Below are positions 29,370-38,898 of a stretch of DNA of 64,000 bases, in pieces. The translations under genes and the position numbers were made by a program. How positions within the stretch are numbered: the stretch's first letter is position 1; every line of letters begins with the position of its first letter. Under the pieces are notes generated by a model that was not told the DNA's origin, made no database searches, and was given only the letters and a program-made list of their open reading frames with translations. Source of the DNA: a virus (lineage: Duplodnaviria; Caudoviricetes); the IMG/VR virus record IMGVR_UViG_3300038443_002533, positions 1-64,000 of that record. One strand, given 5' to 3'.

Positions 29370-31055
29370 ATGACAGATACTGTTTTGAGCACTGTCGGTA
29401 TCAGCGGTACCGATGGCGCGGTGCCCGTCTACGACCCGGCCGGGCGTTGGACGATTTGGGCCCTGAGCGAAATCTACACCGGGGGTCCGGGCCAGAATCG
29501 CTACGTGCCGAAGGTGAAGGACTGGATCGTCGATACCGACACCAAAGTCTTCTACGAAGTGATCTCGATCGACGTGACGACCCTGATCCCGCGCACGCAG
29601 ATGATCACCCCGCTCGCCCAGAACCAGAAGCTCGATAACATCGACGTGATTCTGGGTGTGGGTCCAGGCGGCATTTCGGACACGTTCCGCGCTTACGTCA
29701 ACAAGAACGTGATGCCGTACACGATCACGCTCGATGCGCGTCTGCACTGCTACACCGAAGAAGCCGAAAGCTTCACGATCTTCATGGGCACGGATGTCAT
29801 CGGTGAAGCCAAACCGATCAGCCAGCTGTACAGCCCGACCAACCAACTGCTCGGCACCGCGATCCCGATGGTCCTGGCCGCGGTGGATGGCAACAACCGC
29901 AGCATCAAGGCCTTCCCGACCTGCTACACCACGGAAGACCTGCAAGACAACACCAAGCTCGCGGTGATCGTGTATTCGGATTCGGGTCACCAAGTCTCGA
30001 AGGTCGAAGTGCTGGTGGAAAACACCCAGTTCGTGCCGACCGCCAACAGCTCGGTCAAGTACATCACCAACATCAGCCTGGAGTCGCCATTCATCTCCTC
30101 GGCCGATCCGAACGTGCTGTCGTTCCCGGTGAACATCACCATGAACGGCCTGTCCCTGATCGGCGTGGTGCAGTACAGCGATGGCAGCAAGCTGCGTTAT
30201 CCGGTGAACAACACCAAGTTCTCGCTGCGCGGTCTGGACAACTTCGTTTCGACCTACGCGGGCCAAGAGTTCGATCTGGTTCTGGACTACAAGCTCGCGC
30301 CCGGTGAAGTCGTGATGGGGCTGCAAACCAGCTTCTCCGGCTCGGTCACACGCGAATACACCGGGGTCACCACCAACTACGAGGGCATGTACTCGCCGAA
30401 GCTGTACGGCTATCCGGTGTGGCAGAACTCGGTGTTGGGCTACCGTCTGGAATGGTGGCTGTACGACATGGAACGTCGCATGTGCCAGTTGGTGACGCCG
30501 TATGTCTCGGTGAACGCCAACTCGCGTCCGTTCGATCCGCTCGGATACGGGGTCAAACAAACGCTCGGCGTGTCGATCAACCTGAAGGATGTCAATCCGT
30601 CGGGCTTGGCGCTGATCCACGTGCAGACCATCGACATCGTGCTGCGTCAGCCGGGCACTGCTCGCACCACGAATTGGGCCGTGGGCTTCACCACCAACCA
30701 AGACATTCTGTTCGGCGAAAACAACTTTGCCAAACTGAACATCATCGATCAGAACCAAGTCACGCTGGACATTACGTGTGGCGAGACCGATGTGAATGTG
30801 TGGTTGGCGCGGATGTACTCCCTGACCTACCCGCTGACCGATCAGGGTCAAGAAGTGGCGCCGCCTGCGCCGACCCACTTCGCGATCAAGACCACCAGCT
30901 GGGAAGTCGCATATCCGATGAGTCAGTGGAACAAGGTCTTGACCCTGAGCCACCTGATCAACAACAACGATACGGTGTTCATCAAGTTCTTCATCCGTAC
31001 CGTCGACACCGACGTCCAGCTGAGCATCGCCGGCCTGCCGGCTTGGCAACAGTAA
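29370..31055 (+). CDS. Virion structural/baseplate protein (phiKZ gp26-like by synteny, 561 aa)
   Basis: GGAG SD; Ig-like, beta-rich composition; immediately upstream of terminase. Confidence 0.6.
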   Translation: MTDTVLSTVGISGTDGAVPVYDPAGRWTIWALSEIYTGGPGQNRYVPKVKDWIVDTDTKVFYEVISIDVTTLIPRTQMITPLAQNQKLDNIDVILGVGPGGISDTFRAYVNKNVMPYTITLDARLHCYTEEAESFTIFMGTDVIGEAKPISQLYSPTNQLLGTAIPMVLAAVDGNNRSIKAFPTCYTTEDLQDNTKLAVIVYSDSGHQVSKVEVLVENTQFVPTANSSVKYITNISLESPFISSADPNVLSFPVNITMNGLSLIGVVQYSDGSKLRYPVNNTKFSLRGLDNFVSTYAGQEFDLVLDYKLAPGEVVMGLQTSFSGSVTREYTGVTTNYEGMYSPKLYGYPVWQNSVLGYRLEWWLYDMERRMCQLVTPYVSVNANSRPFDPLGYGVKQTLGVSINLKDVNPSGLALIHVQTIDIVLRQPGTARTTNWAVGFTTNQDILFGENNFAKLNIIDQNQVTLDITCGETDVNVWLARMYSLTYPLTDQGQEVAPPAPTHFAIKTTSWEVAYPMSQWNKVLTLSHLINNNDTVFIKFFIRTVDTDVQLSIAGLPAWQQ

Positions 31056-31132
31056 CTCGTGCTGCATTCCCTCTCTGCTACCGCAAGGTGGCAGAGGGGA
31101 TTTCCTTTGACCTAGATTGAAAGAGGTGTAAT

Positions 31133-33334
31133 TTGATCCTCTACGAATCCGACTGGCTGTTGTATCCCACAGCCATCCCGCATTTAAGCACCCGCAATGA
31201 AAGCTGGGTGTACATGGCCAAACTCTACAAAAGCATGGGGATTAAAAACCACATGTTTCTGTTGGCTTTGATCAACCCCTTGTTGGAATTCATTGACCCC
31301 CATGCACCGAACCTGACCCAAGAAGAAAAGGACATGATCGTTGCGGAGTGCAAGATCAACCCGTGGTATTACTTTCGGGAAGTGGCACGCATTCCGGCAG
31401 GTTCTGGTCAAGCACCGATTCCATTGAAAGCCAACCGCGGCAATATCGCGATGTGGTGGTGTTTCTTTAACCATGTGACGATGACGCTGATCCAACCGCG
31501 TCAGACGGGTAAATCGTACACGGTATATGAACTGGATGTGTATTTGCTCACGGTGCTGTGTGAAGGTACCCTGATCAACTTGCTCACCAAAGATGAAAAG
31601 CTGCGCAAAGAAAGCGTGGACATCATCAAGAAGATTTTCGACACGCTACCCGATTACATCGATTTGCGTAACAAACGTACCGACGCGAATAACACGGAAG
31701 AGATCACGGTCAACCTCTTGGAAAACAAGATGAAGACCTTCGTGCCGCGTTCGTCCGAGAAAGACGCGAATAACGTCGGTCGTGGTTTCGGCTCGGCCAT
31801 TAACCACATCGACGAAGGCCCGTTCTGTGGTAACGTCCACATCTCGCTGCCGGCAATGCTCTCCGCCGGTAACGCGGTGCGCGACCGCGCTAAAGCCGCC
31901 GGTGCGCCGTACTGCAACATCATCACGACGACCGCCGGTAAGCTCGACACGGATGAAGGTAAGTTCATCTACGACAACTACATCCTGGGCTCGATGCCAT
32001 GGACGGAGCATGTGTTCGATATGCCCAATCCAGAAGCGTTGGAAGAATTCGTGCGTCGCAATGCGGGCGGTAACTTCCAGATCGCGATCATCATGAGCCA
32101 CCGCCAACTCGGTTTCACCGATGCCTGGTTGTGGGAAAAGATCCGCGAATCGAAATCCTTCGGCGATGCGGCGGACCGCGATTACTTCAACGTCTGGACC
32201 TCGGGTACCGAATCGCATCCACTGTCACCCCAACTCTTGAAACGAATTGTGGCGTCGGCCAACGATTATGTTTACGACCAGGTGTTCCCGCACCAAAAGT
32301 ACATGATCCGTTGGAATGTGGATGAGAAGAACTTACCGAACTACTTGGCGCGAGCGAAGTTGATCTTGGGGGTGGACCCGTCGTCTGCCAACAACAACGA
32401 CGATATCGCCTTGGTCTGGGTCGATGCAGATACGCTGGATGTGGTGGCGACTGCGGCGATCAATGAAACCAATATCCTGATGTTCGGTAACTGGCTGGCG
32501 GTGTATCTGGTCGAGAACAAGAACGTGACCTTGGTGCTCGAAACCAAATCCACCGGTGAAGCGCTGCGTGATATGTTGCTCAGTATCTTGCCGTCGTTCG
32601 GGGAAGATCCCTTCAAACGGATCTTCAACACGATTGTGCAAGACAAAGAGGACTTCCCGGAACGCTTTGAATTGGTGCGGTTGCCGGTCTCACGTCGGGA
32701 AGACAGCATGTACACGCTGAACAAATCGGCGTTCGGTTTCTGCACCGCGGCGAGTGGTCGTTTTGCCCGGAGTGACTTGTACGGCAACACGCTGCAAAAC
32801 GCTGCCAAGCGTAGTGCAGACAAAGTGTACGACAAACGCCTGATCAACCAGATCGCCGGTCTCGTGAAGAAGAATGATCGGGTTGACCACCAAGCCGGTA
32901 AGCACGACGACATGGTGGTGGCGTGGTTGCTGTGCCATTGGTTCTTGTCTTACGGTAAGCACATGACGACGTACGGCATCCAAGACGTCATGACGCAAAT
33001 CGACGATGGTAAGAGCATGACCTACGAAGAGCACCTCGCGTTGGAACAGCAACGTGCCCTGCGCGCCACGATCGATGAACTGGGTAAGCAACTCGAAGAG
33101 ACTGCTGATCCGTATCTGGCCAGCAAACTGGAACACCAACTCCGCGTGGTGGCCCAAGGCATCGTGTATCAACAAGGTGACCTCACCAGCATCGATCAGT
33201 TGCTGGCGGATATCAAAGAGCGTAAGAAGAAACGGGTCCAAACTGCTGCGGTGAATTACGAAGCCGAAGCGATTAACGATCACGACTTCTACCGCAAAAT
33301 GATGGGTTACCAAAGCAACGGCTTTTATCGTTGA
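31133..33334 (+). CDS. terL: Terminase large subunit
   Basis: Walker A 'QPRQTGKS', Walker B-like 'NHIDEGPF', coupling motif 'ITTTAG', nuclease 'ILGVDPS...DD' and 'HDDMVVAWLL'; TTG start after AAGAGGTGTA. Confidence 0.92.
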   Translation: MILYESDWLLYPTAIPHLSTRNESWVYMAKLYKSMGIKNHMFLLALINPLLEFIDPHAPNLTQEEKDMIVAECKINPWYYFREVARIPAGSGQAPIPLKANRGNIAMWWCFFNHVTMTLIQPRQTGKSYTVYELDVYLLTVLCEGTLINLLTKDEKLRKESVDIIKKIFDTLPDYIDLRNKRTDANNTEEITVNLLENKMKTFVPRSSEKDANNVGRGFGSAINHIDEGPFCGNVHISLPAMLSAGNAVRDRAKAAGAPYCNIITTTAGKLDTDEGKFIYDNYILGSMPWTEHVFDMPNPEALEEFVRRNAGGNFQIAIIMSHRQLGFTDAWLWEKIRESKSFGDAADRDYFNVWTSGTESHPLSPQLLKRIVASANDYVYDQVFPHQKYMIRWNVDEKNLPNYLARAKLILGVDPSSANNNDDIALVWVDADTLDVVATAAINETNILMFGNWLAVYLVENKNVTLVLETKSTGEALRDMLLSILPSFGEDPFKRIFNTIVQDKEDFPERFELVRLPVSRREDSMYTLNKSAFGFCTAASGRFARSDLYGNTLQNAAKRSADKVYDKRLINQIAGLVKKNDRVDHQAGKHDDMVVAWLLCHWFLSYGKHMTTYGIQDVMTQIDDGKSMTYEEHLALEQQRALRATIDELGKQLEETADPYLASKLEHQLRVVAQGIVYQQGDLTSIDQLLADIKERKKKRVQTAAVNYEAEAINDHDFYRKMMGYQSNGFYR

Positions 33335-33343
33335 CGGCATAGG

Positions 33344-33371
33344 CTCCTGCTACCCGTTGGGGTAGCAGGAG
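33344..33371. terminator. Bidirectional hairpin between convergent genes
   Basis: CTCCTGCTACCC-GTTG-GGGTAGCAGGAG flanked by CGGCATA and TTATGTCC. Confidence 0.8.
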
Positions 33372-33782
33372 TTATGTCCATGTGGGTTTGGGGTGGGACG
33401 ACAGACGTTGATCCAGCAAATCCAAATAGGCCATCACTTGGGCTTGCCGAATCTCGCTGTTAAAACTGCGGGTGCTCACCAAAGAAGGGAGTTCGAGATC
33501 CAACTCACACGCTTTCCGTAAAGACAACGGGGCGTCGTTGGTGACCACCGAAAACACTTTGTAGGTGAACAACCAGCGGTCTGGGATATACCAATGCTTG
33601 TACTGTACCCGGTATGTTTTCCGGTGACAGTAAATCGCGATCTCATACCCTTGGATCGTGAATCCTTTCAAACACCCTAAGGCTTGATCGGATTCCCGAA
33701 TCTCGGTCACCCAGCGTGGGCCACGTACTCGCTCAAAAGCCAGTAGCACCAAACCTACCACTGTCCGCCAAGCGTATTTCAT
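33372..33782 (-). CDS. Hypothetical protein (136 aa)
   Basis: Fills the gap between the hairpin and the upstream minus-strand gene; plausible composition. Confidence 0.55.
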   Translation of the reverse strand: MKYAWRTVVGLVLLAFERVRGPRWVTEIRESDQALGCLKGFTIQGYEIAIYCHRKTYRVQYKHWYIPDRWLFTYKVFSVVTNDAPLSLRKACELDLELPSLVSTRSFNSEIRQAQVMAYLDLLDQRLSSHPKPTWT

Positions 33783-33807
33783 GGTCGCCTCTCTCGCGGG
33801 TCATGTT

Positions 33808-35031
33808 TTAAGCGCCAGCATAATGCCGCTTGGCGAGACTACGCAGTACGATGTAAAGCAGCACCCCGGTGCGAATCGGTGGCAGCAGACTCACGTTGCG
33901 GGTACCGGTGGCATCCTTCACCAGTTGCTCGGTGTGTTGGCGGATATCCATCAACACGGGATCGGTCGAGCGGGCGGCGGTGTACACCCCACGCAGACGC
34001 GCCATCAGGCCCGGCAGGTCATGCGGGTTCTTGAGCGAATCGGTGTTGTGGGCCAGGTAATCGAAGCAGTGCACCATGATTTCCTGCACCAAGGCTTGGA
34101 GGCGATGCGCTTGATTGCCTTGGAAGTTATCCGACAGCCATTCGAGCGTACCGCGGAACAGATGCGGCGGCATGGTTTGCACCATCCCTTCCACCACGCT
34201 CAAGAGTTCTTCACGCATGAACGACGACTTGTCCGGAATCACCGATTGGATATACCGGGTGTAGTTCGCCAAAGACTTGGTCTTGTCCTTGAGGATCTCT
34301 TTGCCGTCATGCTCCACCGTTTGCGAGACCGCGATGATGCGTTTGCCCGACGCGTTGATCTGGTAGTGCACCCCAGCGATGAGCTTGAGTGTTTTCCGCA
34401 GACGCGTTTGGATATCGTTGACGATCTTTTCGATCTCGCGATCGTCACCCATCTTTTTGAATTGCTGAAAGCGTGGGGTGTGCGGATCCAGAATGTCTTC
34501 GGCACGTTTACGCAAGTACGCTCCCCAGCTTCCCTCTTGCTTCAAGTCGAACTTCATCGACAGTGATGCATAAGTGGCTTCCGCCACAGCTTTGTCGGCG
34601 GGGTAAACGAAGTGGCGATACAAACGGCTGGTCAGGAACTTGTACTGCATCACGAGGATCACCGAGATCATTGCATCGTGGCGCAATTGCTCGGGGATGT
34701 CGGCGTTGATCAGCAGATGCGTGAGCCAGATGCACGACAGGTTCATCGCGTCGGAGGCGACTTGGTGATCCCGGTGCACAGTTGGCAGTTTGAACAGGGC
34801 TTCTTGCAGCGTGTGTTCATCCACATGCAAGATTTCATCGAACCACACCAGGCGATCGGCGTCCGTGAAGCGCACGATTTGCACACCGGTTAAGTGCCCC
34901 CCAAAGAACTTGACGTGTTCGTCATTCTTCGCAGCAAACGCCAAGGCATACGTGATGACCTTTTTAGCGAGGATTGCGTCGGCAACAACATCAGGACACT
35001 GTTGCTCGAACACATTTCGGATTAGTAACAT
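33808..35031 (-). CDS. Conserved jumbo-phage hypothetical protein (~407 aa)
   Basis: Helical protein; likely start MLLIRNVF at 35031 with AAAGGA SD. Confidence 0.7.
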   Translation of the reverse strand: MLLIRNVFEQQCPDVVADAILAKKVITYALAFAAKNDEHVKFFGGHLTGVQIVRFTDADRLVWFDEILHVDEHTLQEALFKLPTVHRDHQVASDAMNLSCIWLTHLLINADIPEQLRHDAMISVILVMQYKFLTSRLYRHFVYPADKAVAEATYASLSMKFDLKQEGSWGAYLRKRAEDILDPHTPRFQQFKKMGDDREIEKIVNDIQTRLRKTLKLIAGVHYQINASGKRIIAVSQTVEHDGKEILKDKTKSLANYTRYIQSVIPDKSSFMREELLSVVEGMVQTMPPHLFRGTLEWLSDNFQGNQAHRLQALVQEIMVHCFDYLAHNTDSLKNPHDLPGLMARLRGVYTAARSTDPVLMDIRQHTEQLVKDATGTRNVSLLPPIRTGVLLYIVLRSLAKRHYAGA

Positions 35032-35097
35032 GAAAATTCCTTTGGATAAAGGTTTACACAAGATGAGGCCTTGCGGGCTTATCCAAGCGGCATAAAA

Positions 35098-35120
35098 CCT
35101 CGCTGGGGTTTCCAGCGAGG
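35098..35120 (-). terminator. Hairpin followed (minus strand) by TATGCCG
   Basis: CCTCGCTGG-GGTTT-CCAGCGAGG; CGGCATA at 35088-35094. Confidence 0.7.
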
Positions 35121-35136
35121 CAGGGAAGAAAAGCGA

Positions 35137-35823
35137 TTACTTCGCTTGGCGGGCAGCGCGGGCTTTGACGAAGTCGCCGAACGAGTGGACGACTTTACCG
35201 CCCATAGCGACGACGATCGATTCCAGGGCGGCCGACAGATCCTTGGTGTCGGTGACCAGCGGTGCGCTCGGGTCGAGCACGGCGTCCGGCACGACGTTGT
35301 CGATCAGCACCGTCACGTTTTCCGGATGCTCGGCTTCGGCCAGCAGTTCGGTGACGTTCTTGGTTTCGGCCGGGGTGACCTGGGTTTCGTCGATCGCATA
35401 CAGCGTCTCGTAACCATCGTTGCCTTCCGGTACATCGTCGGACAGGGCGCTGGCGATGCTGGAAGCGACGGCGGCGTCGATGGCTTGCGATTCGAGCACG
35501 ATGTTGCCGACTTCGGACACGATCGCAGCTTCCACGGTTTCCTGGGTTTGGCCTTCTGCCGGTTGCAGGTTGGTGGTGTCGACCGAGAAGCCGGTCTCTT
35601 CCGACGGTTTCGGTTCGGCGGCCGGATCGCCTTCTTTCGGCTCTTCGATCGGGGCTTCTTTGTCGTAGACCTTGCCGAGTGCTTCGGAGTACACGTCGGC
35701 CAGCGGGCCTTTCATGACGACCAGGGTGTCTTCGGTGGCCGGGGTTGCAGGAGCGTTGACGTCGTAGTCTTCGAATGCGAGTTGGTGACGGCGACGGGTG
35801 CCAAGCAGATTACGCAGAGACAT
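35137..35823 (-). CDS. Acidic probable internal head protein with prohead-protease sites (228 aa)
   Basis: Contains A-F-E and A-L-E motifs matching the S/A/G-x-E specificity of gp175-type proteases; strong codon bias; GAAGGA SD. Confidence 0.6.
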   Translation of the reverse strand: MSLRNLLGTRRRHQLAFEDYDVNAPATPATEDTLVVMKGPLADVYSEALGKVYDKEAPIEEPKEGDPAAEPKPSEETGFSVDTTNLQPAEGQTQETVEAAIVSEVGNIVLESQAIDAAVASSIASALSDDVPEGNDGYETLYAIDETQVTPAETKNVTELLAEAEHPENVTVLIDNVVPDAVLDPSAPLVTDTKDLSAALESIVVAMGGKVVHSFGDFVKARAARQAK

Positions 35824-35829
35824 TTTTGA

Positions 35830-36330
35830 GTTCCTTCATGAAGTAAAAGAGTTCGATGATCGGCATACCCAGTTCGAGAGTATCTGCCTTCACAGTATGG
35901 TTACGCAACTCTGGTGGCTGGGAAAATAACAATGTTAATAAAAATGCAACGGCGCCCTTTACACATCTTCTCTTTGATTTTTAGCGCTACGCTATTTTTA
36001 GTATAGACCATTCTCTGTTGTTAGGTTTGCTTTGCTTTTTTGTACTTTGTTATTGTGGGCAAAAGCGCTCCTCAAGAGCGCGTTTTCTCTACAAATTTTT
36101 TAAAAGATGTAAGCGCCTTCAAGGCGCGTTATTCGATTCGAATTGATTGATATAAAAAAATATTCATCCCCCTGGTATTATGCACCGACGAACAGCGTGA
36201 GGAGAAAAAAGGTAACGAGGATCGCTTTCAGCGAGACGAAGTTAAGTAGGAAAAAGTAGACATGTAATGGGGGAGGGGGGCACTCTCCTAGGCGAGACGG
36301 AGGCGAGCCTCTAAAGGAATGGGGGGATCT
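35830..36330. other. AT-rich non-coding region at the late/early switch, with twin palindromes
   Basis: Visibly AT-rich; GCGCTC-CTCAA-GAGCGC (36065-36081) and GCGCCT-TCA-AGGCGC (36113-36127). Confidence 0.6.
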
Positions 36331-36335
36331 AGACA

Positions 36336-36608
36336 ATGGGAGAAAAGATGGAAGACGTGAAATTTGATATCTCGGTCGGCGTGAATCGGGAGCCGGTCTG
36401 GGCGGTCGTGCGGATGGAGCAGATGCTGGGTCTGAACGTCAGAAGGTTCGTTCCGATCGGTACCACCGAGTTTACCTTGGAGCAACTGCATGCGTTGCAC
36501 ACCCAAGCCGTAGCCCGCCAACAACCTGATAGCTTGATCGCTTGTATCACTAAAGCCATCGATACCGCCCAACAAGTCGCAGCCCTATCCACCCCTTCTA
36601 CGCTTTAA
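36336..36608 (+). CDS. Small hypothetical protein (90 aa, or 86 aa from 36348)
   Basis: G-rich SD-like leader; followed by hairpin 36617-36645 and TATGCCC. Confidence 0.55.
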   Translation: MGEKMEDVKFDISVGVNREPVWAVVRMEQMLGLNVRRFVPIGTTEFTLEQLHALHTQAVARQQPDSLIACITKAIDTAQQVAALSTPSTL

Positions 36609-36673
36609 GCTGGCTCACCCTGCCGACCTTAATGGTCGGTGGGGTTATGCCCTCGGAATGAATCGGGTAATAG

Positions 36674-36694
36674 AAAATTAAAGGCATATATCAC
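36674..36694 (+). promoter_or_regulatory. Early-type promoter (AAAATTA-N6-TATATCAC)
   Basis: Same architecture as 46849-46869 (AAAATTACAGTGCTATATTAC); heads the early gene block. Confidence 0.7.
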
Positions 36695-36756
36695 CTAGGT
36701 GAGAGTTAATGGAACTCACTAACCATCTTTCATAACTAACAACGAAAGGAATTCAA

Positions 36757-36996
36757 ATGAGCTACATGTCCGCTAACAACATCGCCGGGATCTTCGACGA
36801 CGTACTGACGTTTCTCCGCGATAACCCCAAAGTGCCAAGAGAAATCCGTGAGGAAATCGAAGGCGCGTCTGAAGTCGTCCTCCAGGTCGGTAAAGGGTTC
36901 TTCTTCATCCAGTACATCACGGCCGACGGTATTCCGAAGAAATACCATCATTACGCAAACGGCATGCTGATGATGACTTCTGGTGTCAACAACTAA
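36757..36996 (+). CDS. Early hypothetical protein (79 aa)
   Basis: AACTAACAAC + AAAGGA leader. Confidence 0.8.
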   Translation: MSYMSANNIAGIFDDVLTFLRDNPKVPREIREEIEGASEVVLQVGKGFFFIQYITADGIPKKYHHYANGMLMMTSGVNN

Positions 36997-37016
36997 CAAC
37001 GAAAAGGGATCTCGCC

Positions 37017-37424
37017 ATGGCAACCGCAATCGAACTGCATCAAAAGTACCTCGAAATGGTTTCGAAGAATAACGAGCAGTATTGGTTCTTCGAGCTGAGC
37101 ACCATTCGTGTTCAAATCGACGCTGTCCTCCAGTTCGCGAAAGAAGGATTGGAGGAAGTTAAGCAAGAAATCGAAGACTGCGATGAAGCAGAAAAAGCGA
37201 TGCTGACCAGCTCTATGCAAGAATACGAGCGTGACATCGAGCGGATTCAGATTCTCCGTGACAAATACCTGATCCATGAAAATGGCTACATCGTGACCCA
37301 TCAAGTCGATGGTCCGCCCGAATGGTATTCGGGTGACGTCGTGTTCTTCAGCCAAGACGTCTACGAGGCCGCAGATGCCCGTGTGTTCTTCAACGCTCAC
37401 GCTCTCATCACCAATAACCAATAA
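37017..37424 (+). CDS. Early acidic coiled-coil protein (135 aa)
   Basis: AACTAACAAC + AAAGGGA leader; heptad-rich. Confidence 0.8.
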   Translation: MATAIELHQKYLEMVSKNNEQYWFFELSTIRVQIDAVLQFAKEGLEEVKQEIEDCDEAEKAMLTSSMQEYERDIERIQILRDKYLIHENGYIVTHQVDGPPEWYSGDVVFFSQDVYEAADARVFFNAHALITNNQ

Positions 37425-37441
37425 CGAAAGGATACACCCCA

Positions 37442-37777
37442 ATGATCACCCAACTCGATGAACGCCATATCGGTCTCGTCAGATTCGAAGGCAACATCTG
37501 GTACGCTGTGCGCCCCATGGAACCCGAGGATGAAGCGGGACTCTTACTCAACCCTATTCCGTTCAATTGCGCTGATCGTCGCGTGATGCACAACGATAAA
37601 GAAATGGCGGCGGAGTTGGTGCTGGGAGAACTCTCCGAAGCCACCAAGATTCGTTTTCAGATGAGCGAAGAGCGTTTCGATCAGATCAACCGTGAAATCA
37701 CCAAACATCTGCAAGCGGTGCGTGATTTCACCCAAGGTTGCATCATGGCCCAACAAGCCGGCTTCGGCGTGGGGTGA
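37442..37777 (+). CDS. Early hypothetical protein (111 aa)
   Basis: AAAGGA SD; operon context. Confidence 0.75.
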   Translation: MITQLDERHIGLVRFEGNIWYAVRPMEPEDEAGLLLNPIPFNCADRRVMHNDKEMAAELVLGELSEATKIRFQMSEERFDQINREITKHLQAVRDFTQGCIMAQQAGFGVG

Positions 37778-37779
37778 TC

Positions 37780-38109
37780 ATGAACGATGACTTTTATAGC
37801 CACGCGTTGGGCGTCATCGTTGACCTAACACCGGCTGAGATTCAAGCAGGGTTGGCGGCTGTTGAGATTACGGTCACCAATCACCATAGCGGTGAGTTGT
37901 TGTCGGAAGTACCGTTCGAGGAAACTTGGGTGGGCATGGAAGTGCTCGATGCAGCACAGAAATCAGGATCCATTCTGCACCGTATTCCGCTGAAGAACCT
38001 GCATCGTCATTCCATCAATACCGACGATAACTGGATCACGGTGGAATGGAAGAACGGCAAGAAAGTTTGTCTACCACAAAAGGAATTCAACAACGTCAGG
38101 GTGAAGTGA
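37780..38109 (+). CDS. Small beta-barrel-like paralog 1
   Basis: Start MNDDF at 37780; shares LxxVP[FY]xxxxVGM...W(I/L)x(V/I)xW with the next two genes. Confidence 0.75.
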   Translation: MNDDFYSHALGVIVDLTPAEIQAGLAAVEITVTNHHSGELLSEVPFEETWVGMEVLDAAQKSGSILHRIPLKNLHRHSINTDDNWITVEWKNGKKVCLPQKEFNNVRVK

Positions 38110-38348
38110 ACGTGACCAATAATTATTCGGGCCAACTTCTTTCGGAAGTGCCTTACCCAGAGATCCATGTAGGGATGAAACTGATTTCAGAGAAACTCAT
38201 TGTCGGGGAAGTGGTACTCAAAATCGACGAAGCCCAAATTAAACAATACGGCAAGGTCCCGCTGGATAATTGGCTGCGGATCAAATGGAAAAGCGGTCGT
38301 GAGATCGCTCGCCCTCATCGTGAACTTAACAACATCAAGGTGAAGTAA
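38106..38348 (+). CDS. Small beta-barrel-like paralog 2 (80 aa)
   Basis: GTG start overlaps the previous TGA (GTGA); clear similarity to paralog 1. Confidence 0.75.
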   Translation: MNVTNNYSGQLLSEVPYPEIHVGMKLISEKLIVGEVVLKIDEAQIKQYGKVPLDNWLRIKWKSGREIARPHRELNNIKVK

Positions 38349-38349
38349 C

Positions 38350-38898
38350 ATGCACAACCACTACGTCAATCAACCGCTCGCGCAAGTTCCCTACGACGAT
38401 ATCTTCGTGGGTATGCCCGTTAAAGGCGCCCGCGGCGTACCGGGTAAGGTCGTCCATAAGTCCATCCCGAGTTTCAGTGAAGAGGGGTGGATTCGGATCG
38501 ACTGGACCAACCACCCGCAGCAAGCGAACCATCACAGCTACTTCAAAGACGTCATCGTCCAAGAAGTCGCCCTCGAACCGGTCGTCGAGAAACGTCGTCT
38601 GGTGGTGAAAGCCAAGCTCTTTACCTTCACCCCGATCGCCCGCGGCGCGGTGATGCATCTGATGCTGTACCAACCGTCGCCGGCGACTCGCGCCGCACTC
38701 CCGCGTATCGATCCCAAAACCATCATCACCCAATTGTCGTTGTGGCAAAGAGAAGAGAGCACCGATGGTGACGAGGTGCATGAAGGTCCGTATGAAATCA
38801 TGTCGGTGTTCCGTGATCCCAAGAATGGTGACGAGGTCTGGCACGTGGTGTTCAAACACCTCGATCTGTGCGAGGAAGTGGCGAGGGACGTACCGTGA
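38350..38898 (+). CDS. Paralog 3 (N-terminal shared domain plus extra C-terminal domain, 182 aa)
   Basis: HNHYVNQPLAQVPYDDIFVGM...GWIRIDW matches the family motif. Confidence 0.75.
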   Translation: MHNHYVNQPLAQVPYDDIFVGMPVKGARGVPGKVVHKSIPSFSEEGWIRIDWTNHPQQANHHSYFKDVIVQEVALEPVVEKRRLVVKAKLFTFTPIARGAVMHLMLYQPSPATRAALPRIDPKTIITQLSLWQREESTDGDEVHEGPYEIMSVFRDPKNGDEVWHVVFKHLDLCEEVARDVP

